Of a stretch of DNA of 64,000 nucleotides, positions 53,389 to 63,831 are shown piece by piece. This DNA is from Basidiobolus meristosporus CBS 931.73 (Eukaryota; Fungi; Basidiobolomycota), in the NCBI GenBank assembly GCA_002104905.1, contig MCFE01000458.1, forward strand, positions 7,806 through 71,805, written 5' to 3'. Under the pieces are notes generated by a model. The model searched no databases. It saw nothing but the letters and a program-made list of their open reading frames with translations, and was not told the origin of the DNA. Position 1 is the stretch's first letter. Every line of letters begins with the position of its first letter. The translations under genes were made by a program, and so were the position numbers.

Positions 53389-54200
53389 CTGAAATAGTAA
53401 TACTCCACGAATACACTGTAACTGTGATATTAATTCTCAGAAGATGACAAGTTGAAGAGTAAAAAGCCGAGGAAAATCTTAAATGAGAGCTGACTATGGC
53501 TAACTAGGAGACAGCAGTCAATAAATACTTTCATAGGGAGTAGGCCGCATTGTATGATATGTCGGCACCCAATGTGAGAAGATAAGACAATGCTGGGCTT
53601 CGAGTACGTGAAAGCACATGAAGAATAGAAGCCCAAGTGCTTGGGACTCATAGCATCACATATGTAAGCCCTATAAAACGTCTGGAGATATCTGTAAATT
53701 GGCAATGTACTCACGATATTCCATAGCACCACACAATAAAAAAATCAAAAACCCGATAAAAATTATACAGATAATTAAATATTTATTATGTATACGCTGC
53801 AAATTGATTGTAAAGGTCATAGGTTAGGAAAAAAAGATACATCAAACATGCGTATTTAGCCAACATAGATTGTTAAATACGAAATGGATTGTTGGAGACA
53901 CATACGTATGTAGTAATGCATGAAAAGTTCATGTTGCATCGGCCCAGAAAGCGGTAACAAAGTAATGCAGAGGAAATCAATGCATGTGAGTGATCGAGCC
54001 AATTCAACCACAACAAAATATAAACGCTTCACGATAGATATTAGGATTGACTATTTCACTATGATCAACAAATTCCCCAGCCCCTTAAAATCCTGGAAAT
54101 CGCTTCGATGAAAATCAGCTTGTGGCCCCACTCATGCCAGGAGATATATAGTTTATTGGGCTCGGTCAGATTTTAGTCAAAGCTTATCATAAGCGATAGT

Positions 54201-54282
54201 GACACTTTGGCGGAGTGGTTAACGCGGTGCCCTGCTAAGGCATTTCCCTATGGGAGCGCAGGTTCGAATCCTGCAGGTGTCG
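54201..54282 (+). tRNA. tRNA-Ser (GCT), unit 1
   Basis: GACACTT/AGGTGTC acceptor stem, anticodon arm GTGCC-CT GCT AA-GGCAT, long variable arm TCCC-TAT-GGGA, GTTCGAATC T-loop, TTTT terminator downstream. Confidence 0.97.
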
Positions 54283-54432
54283 ACTCTTTTGTAACATCTG
54301 TACTAGATGAGACTTTGGATATAATTTTGTATTCATCCAACTGTTGTGTGATGCCTGTGGCGGCTCATGTTCTCTATCCTCTATCGATTTAGATATCCTC
54401 AAACCGGCCACGGCCGTTCGAAATACCTAGGA

Positions 54433-54518
54433 GCTTCGTTAGCTTAGTGGGTTAGGCGGTGTAGCAAAGAGGAGGGGGCAACTCAAATCCCTGGTTCAAT
54501 GCCCTCCCGGCAGATGCT
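54433..54518 (+). pseudogene. Degenerate tRNA-like Pol III element (also at 57701-57786 and 60969-61054)
   Basis: GCTTCGT-TA-GCTT-AGTGGGTT-AGGC gives an intact D-arm and a consensus A box (TAGCTTAGTGG); B box GGTTCAATGC at 54493-54502. No anticodon stem, and the acceptor and T stems are broken. Confidence 0.55.
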
Positions 54519-55438
54519 AATGGCCACTAGATCGCCAGAAATGATAACCTAGAGCGGTTATGGCAAACTTTTTGATGGCACAAACTAAATTGACTAGGTC
54601 GCGTAACAATGAATCACATCATTAATTAGCCCTAAAACCCTAATTCAATTGCAGCAGGATAAGAGTTTAAACTTTTAATAAAGAAATCTGGGCTCCCATT
54701 TCTCCAGGAACGCAGACGTAGGAAGTTGACGGCCAGTCTAAAACAAAAGCACAATCATGAGATTTGAGCTTGTATTTCTTGCGGAGCTTGAGTGGCCACT
54801 GCCTGAGGGTGTGATACATACGCTTAGGGTCAACTCAATGATATTGCTGAAAGGTATTCAGGCTAATAATGCCACCACCTACACATACCTGGCTCCCGAG
54901 AAGAAGATTGCAATATTCACCCTATTCTACAGATGAGACTTCTCAGCTTAACTTCAGTTAGGGAAAGCTGATCCGTATGGCGGGAAGTCACGTACTCGAC
55001 AAACAAACAGGACGGCGCAGGCTTTTCGCCAAGTTTTCAGTTATTTCCCTTATAAGTGGAGTATCAGCATATCCAGTACTTTGTGATGGAGCGCAAAAAA
55101 AACATCAGCCCTATATTTGACACTGAAATCCCAGGTACCTGAAGACAATTTAGGCACCATAGGTGATACAAATTTCTCGGTATACTTATTATTTACAAGC
55201 ACAAAGATGCACTCATCAAACATGCTAGTCAGAATTACAGTCCTGGTGTTGAAAACAACTAATTCAGCCGACTAGCACTTCCAGTATACCTCTTTAGCAC
55301 CAACCGGCCCCGGTGCTACGAACCGAGATACCTAAGCACAGGACATGCCAGCGATTGAAAAGGTGCTTCTATGAAATAGAACGGTTGTGCCACTTGGAGC
55401 TCACCATATCTATGCCGAAATCAGAAAAATAAAATACA

Positions 55439-55511
55439 TGCCGTCTCTGCGGATCGAACGCAGGACCTTCAGAACTTCAGTCTGACGCTCTCCCAACTGA
55501 GCTAAGACGGC
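55439..55511 (-). tRNA. tRNA-Phe (GAA), unit 1, intronless
   Basis: Reverse complement GCCGTCTTAGCTCAGTTGGGAGAGCGTCAGACTGAAGTTCTGAAGGTCCTGCGTTCGATCCGCAGAGACGGCA folds into a cloverleaf; oligo-T follows. Confidence 0.97.
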
Positions 55512-55908
55512 GAGGATACATTACAGAAAGGACTAGCCTACCAACGACCTTCCACATACTACTATATCACCACAAGCTCAATACTTAGTTCTCACACTTT
55601 CTCAACGGAACCGTCAAACTTGAAGGATAGATCAGCCTACGCACTAGATGTCGTATACAAGGAGATGCCTAGCTTCTACACGGATAGCTTTTGTATGTCA
55701 TATTAATTTAACTATCCCAAGTAGCCGAGTGCCCGGAGGGTTCATTTTTACCGGGAAAAGGGCGTTACCATTGGATATTGCGTTCGAAATCAAACGTACA
55801 TATGATAATCCAATATCTATCTACTCCAAGTAATACTCGTTTGAGTGGTGAGCATAAAGTATTCCTCAGGATGGATAGATTTCCCAGAAACAGCTTTGGA
55901 AGCAAATA

Positions 55909-55982
55909 GCTCTTGTGGCGCAATTGGCTAGCGCGTCTGACTGTTAATCAGGAGGTTGGTGGTTCAAGCCCACCCAGGAGCG
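55909..55982 (+). tRNA. tRNA-Asn (GTT), unit 1
   Basis: GCTCTTG/CAGGAGC acceptor stem, TCTGA-CT GTT AA-TCAGG anticodon arm, GTTCAAGCC T-loop, TTTTT terminator. Confidence 0.97.
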
Positions 55983-56174
55983 ATTGTTTTTGCCTAGCTA
56001 CCTTAATGCTAGAGGCATTATACTTTTGGTCAGTTTTAACAACAACAATTGCGCTACCTCTTTTTGCCAGGTCAAGGCCAACCGACTCCTCTTGCTTCCC
56101 ATTGGGGAAGCTCCATGCACGCACTAATTTGTGAAAAGCGCAAGAAGTGTAGAGCCTCGAAGGAAATAAAAAAG

Positions 56175-56259
56175 TCCGAACACCCGGATTTGAACCAGGG
56201 ACCTAAAGATTGCTATGTAACACTACAGTCTTCCGCTCTACCAACTGAGCTATGTTCGG
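56175..56259 (-). tRNA. tRNA-Tyr (GTA), unit 1, 12-nt intron at 56211-56222
   Basis: CCGAACA/TGTTCGG acceptor stem; GAAGA-CT GTA G-[TGTTACATAGCA]-A-TCTTT puts the intron at canonical position 37/38, and it contains TTACA able to pair with the anticodon. Confidence 0.96.
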
Positions 56260-56522
56260 AATCTTACGAAAAAGGACATCCCTTGAAACATGATAGCTTT
56301 TCACTGTCGAAAGTAGTATGCATGCGTCTGATTAGTCTGGCACTGCTTTCGGACGTGTGGATTTTGACAAGGCTCAGGTACAATCTTACAATAGGCAAAA
56401 GGGTATGAGGTACAATCGTACTGTAGTCAAGCGATGTATCACTCTCCCGGTAGTAAAATTTCCGAACAGGCATTACAAAGAGTCCCCACGGTCGACCCTC
56501 CTTCAGACTTCACAAAAATGAA

Positions 56523-56595
56523 TGCCTTCTGCCGGAATCGAACCAGCGACCTTCTGCTTACTAGGCAGACGCTCTGCCAACTGAGCCAAGGAGGC
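56523..56595 (-). tRNA. tRNA-Thr (AGT), unit 1
   Basis: GCCTCCT/AGAAGGC acceptor stem (one C5-A68 mismatch), TCTGC-CT AGT AA-GCAGA anticodon arm, GTTCGATTC T-loop. Confidence 0.95.
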
Positions 56596-56729
56596 ATTTT
56601 CTGATGGGTTTTTGTGTATATATCTAATTTCTTAATGACAATCATCCTTGCGTATAAAGTATACAAATGCTATTCTCGATATTAAAGCCTTCCCCTTGAA
56701 GGGAAATACCACCACAGACAGTTTTAAAA

Positions 56730-56800
56730 TGCATACTCGGGGAATCGAACCCCGGTCTACCGCGTGGCAGGCGGTAATTATACCACTAAACCAAGTATGC
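56730..56800 (-). tRNA. tRNA-Gly (GCC), unit 1
   Basis: GCATACT/AGTATGC acceptor stem, ACCGC-CT GCC AC-GCGGT anticodon arm, 71 nt with short variable loop. Confidence 0.97.
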
Positions 56801-57224
56801 TTTGTTACGAATATTGTAGTAGCTGATCTACTCAATTACCAAATCCATGTATCATCATTAGGGGCTGTGGTGGATTACGTTGCCACTTAGTCATCGAAGG
56901 CTCACTTAAGCCGGCTAGACTCCTTAGGGTGGGCCCTCCGAATGTAAAACTACGAAAAACCAACAGACCCGGCCTTTCTCTACAGCCAAGAATGTAGATG
57001 CTTGGAGAGCAAAAGTGGCCAGAGCCAAAAGGGATCCATCGCATATCTAGTAGTATCATAAGCATGCCATCTCAATTCCTAAGAGATATCCATTAAGAAC
57101 CGAGTATGTACTGGCCCTTTGTAAATCTAGAAGGCTGGTTCATTCATTTTGTATGGTCCCAAGTGAGGCCACATGAAAAGGAAAGAAATATTGTGCACAC
57201 CAATCACGGCTGTTGCAAAAGAGA

Positions 57225-57295
57225 TGCGTTAACTGGGAGTCGAACCCAGGCCAACTGCTTGGAAGGCAGTTATTCTACCGCTATACTATTAACGC
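57225..57295 (-). tRNA. tRNA-Gly (TCC), spanning the unit 1/2 boundary
   Basis: GCGTTAA/TTAACGC acceptor stem, ACTGC-CT TCC AA-GCAGT anticodon arm, GTTCGACTC T-loop, TTTT terminator. Confidence 0.97.
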
Positions 57296-57468
57296 TTCAC
57301 GATAGATATTAGGATTGACTATTTCACTATGATCAACAAATTCCCCAGCCCCTTAAAATCCTGGAAATCGCTTCGATGAAAATCAGCTTGTGGCCCCACT
57401 CATGCCAGGAGATATATAGTTTATTGGGCTCGGTCAGATTTTAGTCAAAGCTTATCATAAGCGATAGT

Positions 57469-57550
57469 GACACTTTGGCGGAGTGGTTAACGCGGTGCCC
57501 TGCTAAGGCATTTCCCTATGGGAGCGCAGGTTCGAATCCTGCAGGTGTCG
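57469..57550 (+). tRNA. tRNA-Ser (GCT), unit 2
   Basis: Same sequence as 54201-54282 (+3268). Confidence 0.97.
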
Positions 57551-58706
57551 ACTCTTTTGTAACATCTGTACTAGATGAGACTTTGGATATAATTTTGTAT
57601 TCATCCAACTGTTGTGTGATGCCTGTGGCGGCTCATGTTCTCTATCCTCTATCGATTTAGATATCCTCAAACCGGCCACGGCCGTTCGAAATACCTAGGA
57701 GCTTCGTTAGCTTAGTGGGTTAGGCGGTGTAGCAAAGAGGAGGGGGCAACTCAAATCCCTGGTTCAATGCCCTCCCGGCAGATGCTAATGGCCACTAGAT
57801 CGCCAGAAATGATAACCTAGAGCGGTTATGGCAAACTTTTTGATGGCACAAACTAAATTGACTAGGTCGCGTAACAATGAATCACATCATTAATTAGCCC
57901 TAAAACCCTAATTCAATTGCAGCAGGATAAGAGTTTAAACTTTTAATAAAGAAATCTGGGCTCCCATTTCTCCAGGAACGCAGACGTAGGAAGTTGACGG
58001 CCAGTCTAAAACAAAAGCACAATCATGAGATTTGAGCTTGTATTTCTTGCGGAGCTTGAGTGGCCACTGCCTGAGGGTGTGATACATACGCTTAGGGTCA
58101 ACTCAATGATATTGCTGAAAGGTATTCAGGCTAATAATGCCACCACCTACACATACCTGGCTCCCGAGAAGAAGATTGCAATATTCACCCTATTCTACAG
58201 ATGAGACTTCTCAGCTTAACTTCAGTTAGGGAAAGCTGATCCGTATGGCGGGAAGTCACGTACTCGACAAACAAACAGGACGGCGCAGGCTTTTCGCCAA
58301 GTTTTCAGTTATTTCCCTTATAAGTGGAGTATCAGCATATCCAGTACTTTGTGATGGAGCGCAAAAAAAACATCAGCCCTATATTTGACACTGAAATCCC
58401 AGGTACCTGAAGACAATTTAGGCACCATAGGTGATACAAATTTCTCGGTATACTTATTATTTACAAGCACAAAGATGCACTCATCAAACATGCTAGTCAG
58501 AATTACAGTCCTGGTGTTGAAAACAACTAATTCAGCCGACTAGCACTTCCAGTATACCTCTTTAGCACCAACCGGCCCCGGTGCTACGAACCGAGATACC
58601 TAAGCACAGGACATGCCAGCGATTGAAAAGGTGCTTCTATGAAATAGAACGGTTGTGCCACTTGGAGCTCACCATATCTATGCCGAAATCAGAAAAATAA
58701 AATACA

Positions 58707-58779
58707 TGCCGTCTCTGCGGATCGAACGCAGGACCTTCAGAACTTCAGTCTGACGCTCTCCCAACTGAGCTAAGACGGC
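58707..58779 (-). tRNA. tRNA-Phe (GAA), unit 2
   Basis: Same sequence as 55439-55511 (+3268). Confidence 0.97.
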
Positions 58780-59176
58780 GAGGATACATTACAGAAAGGA
58801 CTAGCCTACCAACGACCTTCCACATACTACTATATCACCACAAGCTCAATACTTAGTTCTCACACTTTCTCAACGGAACCGTCAAACTTGAAGGATAGAT
58901 CAGCCTACGCACTAGATGTCGTATACAAGGAGATGCCTAGCTTCTACACGGATAGCTTTTGTATGTCATATTAATTTAACTATCCCAAGTAGCCGAGTGC
59001 CCGGAGGGTTCATTTTTACCGGGAAAAGGGCGTTACCATTGGATATTGCGTTCGAAATCAAACGTACATATGATAATCCAATATCTATCTACTCCAAGTA
59101 ATACTCGTTTGAGTGGTGAGCATAAAGTATTCCTCAGGATGGATAGATTTCCCAGAAACAGCTTTGGAAGCAAATA

Positions 59177-59250
59177 GCTCTTGTGGCGCAATTGGCTAGC
59201 GCGTCTGACTGTTAATCAGGAGGTTGGTGGTTCAAGCCCACCCAGGAGCG
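59177..59250 (+). tRNA. tRNA-Asn (GTT), unit 2
   Basis: Same sequence as 55909-55982 (+3268). Confidence 0.97.
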
Positions 59251-59442
59251 ATTGTTTTTGCCTAGCTACCTTAATGCTAGAGGCATTATACTTTTGGTCA
59301 GTTTTAACAACAACAATTGCGCTACCTCTTTTTGCCAGGTCAAGGCCAACCGACTCCTCTTGCTTCCCATTGGGGAAGCTCCATGCACGCACTAATTTGT
59401 GAAAAGCGCAAGAAGTGTAGAGCCTCGAAGGAAATAAAAAAG

Positions 59443-59527
59443 TCCGAACACCCGGATTTGAACCAGGGACCTAAAGATTGCTATGTAACACTACAGTCTT
59501 CCGCTCTACCAACTGAGCTATGTTCGG
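59443..59527 (-). tRNA. tRNA-Tyr (GTA) with 12-nt intron, unit 2
   Basis: Same sequence as 56175-56259 (+3268). Confidence 0.96.
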
Positions 59528-59790
59528 AATCTTACGAAAAAGGACATCCCTTGAAACATGATAGCTTTTCACTGTCGAAAGTAGTATGCATGCGTCTGAT
59601 TAGTCTGGCACTGCTTTCGGACGTGTGGATTTTGACAAGGCTCAGGTACAATCTTACAATAGGCAAAAGGGTATGAGGTACAATCGTACTGTAGTCAAGC
59701 GATGTATCACTCTCCCGGTAGTAAAATTTCCGAACAGGCATTACAAAGAGTCCCCACGGTCGACCCTCCTTCAGACTTCACAAAAATGAA

Positions 59791-59863
59791 TGCCTTCTGC
59801 CGGAATCGAACCAGCGACCTTCTGCTTACTAGGCAGACGCTCTGCCAACTGAGCCAAGGAGGC
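59791..59863 (-). tRNA. tRNA-Thr (AGT), unit 2
   Basis: Same sequence as 56523-56595 (+3268). Confidence 0.95.
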
Positions 59864-59997
59864 ATTTTCTGATGGGTTTTTGTGTATATATCTAATTTCT
59901 TAATGACAATCATCCTTGCGTATAAAGTATACAAATGCTATTCTCGATATTAAAGCCTTCCCCTTGAAGGGAAATACCACCACAGACAGTTTTAAAA

Positions 59998-60068
59998 TGC
60001 ATACTCGGGGAATCGAACCCCGGTCTACCGCGTGGCAGGCGGTAATTATACCACTAAACCAAGTATGC
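59998..60068 (-). tRNA. tRNA-Gly (GCC), unit 2
   Basis: Same sequence as 56730-56800 (+3268). Confidence 0.97.
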
Positions 60069-60492
60069 TTTGTTACGAATATTGTAGTAGCTGATCTACT
60101 CAATTACCAAATCCATGTATCATCATTAGGGGCTGTGGTGGATTACGTTGCCACTTAGTCATCGAAGGCTCACTTAAGCCGGCTAGACTCCTTAGGGTGG
60201 GCCCTCCGAATGTAAAACTACGAAAAACCAACAGACCCGGCCTTTCTCTACAGCCAAGAATGTAGATGCTTGGAGAGCAAAAGTGGCCAGAGCCAAAAGG
60301 GATCCATCGCATATCTAGTAGTATCATAAGCATGCCATCTCAATTCCTAAGAGATATCCATTAAGAACCGAGTATGTACTGGCCCTTTGTAAATCTAGAA
60401 GGCTGGTTCATTCATTTTGTATGGTCCCAAGTGAGGCCACATGAAAAGGAAAGAAATATTGTGCACACCAATCACGGCTGTTGCAAAAGAGA

Positions 60493-60563
60493 TGCGTTAA
60501 CTGGGAGTCGAACCCAGGCCAACTGCTTGGAAGGCAGTTATTCTACCGCTATACTATTAACGC
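60493..60563 (-). tRNA. tRNA-Gly (TCC), unit 2/3 boundary
   Basis: Same sequence as 57225-57295 (+3268). Confidence 0.97.
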
Positions 60564-60736
60564 TTCACGATAGATATTAGGATTGACTATTTCACTATGA
60601 TCAACAAATTCCCCAGCCCCTTAAAATCCTGGAAATCGCTTCGATGAAAATCAGCTTGTGGCCCCACTCATGCCAGGAGATATATAGTTTATTGGGCTCG
60701 GTCAGATTTTAGTCAAAGCTTATCATAAGCGATAGT

Positions 60737-60818
60737 GACACTTTGGCGGAGTGGTTAACGCGGTGCCCTGCTAAGGCATTTCCCTATGGGAGCGCAGGTT
60801 CGAATCCTGCAGGTGTCG
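60737..60818 (+). tRNA. tRNA-Ser (GCT), unit 3
   Basis: Same sequence as 54201-54282 (+6536). Confidence 0.97.
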
Positions 60819-61974
60819 ACTCTTTTGTAACATCTGTACTAGATGAGACTTTGGATATAATTTTGTATTCATCCAACTGTTGTGTGATGCCTGTGGCGGC
60901 TCATGTTCTCTATCCTCTATCGATTTAGATATCCTCAAACCGGCCACGGCCGTTCGAAATACCTAGGAGCTTCGTTAGCTTAGTGGGTTAGGCGGTGTAG
61001 CAAAGAGGAGGGGGCAACTCAAATCCCTGGTTCAATGCCCTCCCGGCAGATGCTAATGGCCACTAGATCGCCAGAAATGATAACCTAGAGCGGTTATGGC
61101 AAACTTTTTGATGGCACAAACTAAATTGACTAGGTCGCGTAACAATGAATCACATCATTAATTAGCCCTAAAACCCTAATTCAATTGCAGCAGGATAAGA
61201 GTTTAAACTTTTAATAAAGAAATCTGGGCTCCCATTTCTCCAGGAACGCAGACGTAGGAAGTTGACGGCCAGTCTAAAACAAAAGCACAATCATGAGATT
61301 TGAGCTTGTATTTCTTGCGGAGCTTGAGTGGCCACTGCCTGAGGGTGTGATACATACGCTTAGGGTCAACTCAATGATATTGCTGAAAGGTATTCAGGCT
61401 AATAATGCCACCACCTACACATACCTGGCTCCCGAGAAGAAGATTGCAATATTCACCCTATTCTACAGATGAGACTTCTCAGCTTAACTTCAGTTAGGGA
61501 AAGCTGATCCGTATGGCGGGAAGTCACGTACTCGACAAACAAACAGGACGGCGCAGGCTTTTCGCCAAGTTTTCAGTTATTTCCCTTATAAGTGGAGTAT
61601 CAGCATATCCAGTACTTTGTGATGGAGCGCAAAAAAAACATCAGCCCTATATTTGACACTGAAATCCCAGGTACCTGAAGACAATTTAGGCACCATAGGT
61701 GATACAAATTTCTCGGTATACTTATTATTTACAAGCACAAAGATGCACTCATCAAACATGCTAGTCAGAATTACAGTCCTGGTGTTGAAAACAACTAATT
61801 CAGCCGACTAGCACTTCCAGTATACCTCTTTAGCACCAACCGGCCCCGGTGCTACGAACCGAGATACCTAAGCACAGGACATGCCAGCGATTGAAAAGGT
61901 GCTTCTATGAAATAGAACGGTTGTGCCACTTGGAGCTCACCATATCTATGCCGAAATCAGAAAAATAAAATACA

Positions 61975-62047
61975 TGCCGTCTCTGCGGATCGAACGCAGG
62001 ACCTTCAGAACTTCAGTCTGACGCTCTCCCAACTGAGCTAAGACGGC
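61975..62047 (-). tRNA. tRNA-Phe (GAA), unit 3
   Basis: Same sequence as 55439-55511 (+6536). Confidence 0.97.
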
Positions 62048-62444
62048 GAGGATACATTACAGAAAGGACTAGCCTACCAACGACCTTCCACATACTACTA
62101 TATCACCACAAGCTCAATACTTAGTTCTCACACTTTCTCAACGGAACCGTCAAACTTGAAGGATAGATCAGCCTACGCACTAGATGTCGTATACAAGGAG
62201 ATGCCTAGCTTCTACACGGATAGCTTTTGTATGTCATATTAATTTAACTATCCCAAGTAGCCGAGTGCCCGGAGGGTTCATTTTTACCGGGAAAAGGGCG
62301 TTACCATTGGATATTGCGTTCGAAATCAAACGTACATATGATAATCCAATATCTATCTACTCCAAGTAATACTCGTTTGAGTGGTGAGCATAAAGTATTC
62401 CTCAGGATGGATAGATTTCCCAGAAACAGCTTTGGAAGCAAATA

Positions 62445-62518
62445 GCTCTTGTGGCGCAATTGGCTAGCGCGTCTGACTGTTAATCAGGAGGTTGGTGGTT
62501 CAAGCCCACCCAGGAGCG
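62445..62518 (+). tRNA. tRNA-Asn (GTT), unit 3
   Basis: Same sequence as 55909-55982 (+6536). Confidence 0.97.
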
Positions 62519-62710
62519 ATTGTTTTTGCCTAGCTACCTTAATGCTAGAGGCATTATACTTTTGGTCAGTTTTAACAACAACAATTGCGCTACCTCTTTT
62601 TGCCAGGTCAAGGCCAACCGACTCCTCTTGCTTCCCATTGGGGAAGCTCCATGCACGCACTAATTTGTGAAAAGCGCAAGAAGTGTAGAGCCTCGAAGGA
62701 AATAAAAAAG

Positions 62711-62795
62711 TCCGAACACCCGGATTTGAACCAGGGACCTAAAGATTGCTATGTAACACTACAGTCTTCCGCTCTACCAACTGAGCTATGTTCGG
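62711..62795 (-). tRNA. tRNA-Tyr (GTA) with 12-nt intron, unit 3
   Basis: Same sequence as 56175-56259 (+6536). Confidence 0.96.
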
Positions 62796-63058
62796 AATCT
62801 TACGAAAAAGGACATCCCTTGAAACATGATAGCTTTTCACTGTCGAAAGTAGTATGCATGCGTCTGATTAGTCTGGCACTGCTTTCGGACGTGTGGATTT
62901 TGACAAGGCTCAGGTACAATCTTACAATAGGCAAAAGGGTATGAGGTACAATCGTACTGTAGTCAAGCGATGTATCACTCTCCCGGTAGTAAAATTTCCG
63001 AACAGGCATTACAAAGAGTCCCCACGGTCGACCCTCCTTCAGACTTCACAAAAATGAA

Positions 63059-63131
63059 TGCCTTCTGCCGGAATCGAACCAGCGACCTTCTGCTTACTAG
63101 GCAGACGCTCTGCCAACTGAGCCAAGGAGGC
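63059..63131 (-). tRNA. tRNA-Thr (AGT), unit 3
   Basis: Same sequence as 56523-56595 (+6536). Confidence 0.95.
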
Positions 63132-63265
63132 ATTTTCTGATGGGTTTTTGTGTATATATCTAATTTCTTAATGACAATCATCCTTGCGTATAAAGTATAC
63201 AAATGCTATTCTCGATATTAAAGCCTTCCCCTTGAAGGGAAATACCACCACAGACAGTTTTAAAA

Positions 63266-63336
63266 TGCATACTCGGGGAATCGAACCCCGGTCTACCGCG
63301 TGGCAGGCGGTAATTATACCACTAAACCAAGTATGC
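63266..63336 (-). tRNA. tRNA-Gly (GCC), unit 3
   Basis: Same sequence as 56730-56800 (+6536). Confidence 0.97.
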
Positions 63337-63760
63337 TTTGTTACGAATATTGTAGTAGCTGATCTACTCAATTACCAAATCCATGTATCATCATTAGGGG
63401 CTGTGGTGGATTACGTTGCCACTTAGTCATCGAAGGCTCACTTAAGCCGGCTAGACTCCTTAGGGTGGGCCCTCCGAATGTAAAACTACGAAAAACCAAC
63501 AGACCCGGCCTTTCTCTACAGCCAAGAATGTAGATGCTTGGAGAGCAAAAGTGGCCAGAGCCAAAAGGGATCCATCGCATATCTAGTAGTATCATAAGCA
63601 TGCCATCTCAATTCCTAAGAGATATCCATTAAGAACCGAGTATGTACTGGCCCTTTGTAAATCTAGAAGGCTGGTTCATTCATTTTGTATGGTCCCAAGT
63701 GAGGCCACATGAAAAGGAAAGAAATATTGTGCACACCAATCACGGCTGTTGCAAAAGAGA

Positions 63761-63831
63761 TGCGTTAACTGGGAGTCGAACCCAGGCCAACTGCTTGGAA
63801 GGCAGTTATTCTACCGCTATACTATTAACGC
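63761..63831 (-). tRNA. tRNA-Gly (TCC), unit 3/4 boundary
   Basis: Same sequence as 57225-57295 (+6536). Confidence 0.97.

Noticed and set aside
55300-55415. Possible tRNA-Sec or extra tRNA on minus (hairpin TTCTAT-TTC-ATAGAA at 55367-55381, GGTTCGTAGC box-like motif)
   Set aside because: No 7-nt CT-TCA-AA loop, no acceptor stem, and poor A/B boxes.
54023-57290. 5S rRNA, U6, RNase P/MRP in the unit (e.g. GAGTCCCC at ~56.48 kb, GAGAAGAAGATTGC at ~54.9 kb)
   Set aside because: Only short isolated motif resemblances; the required companion motifs are absent or interrupted by tRNA genes.
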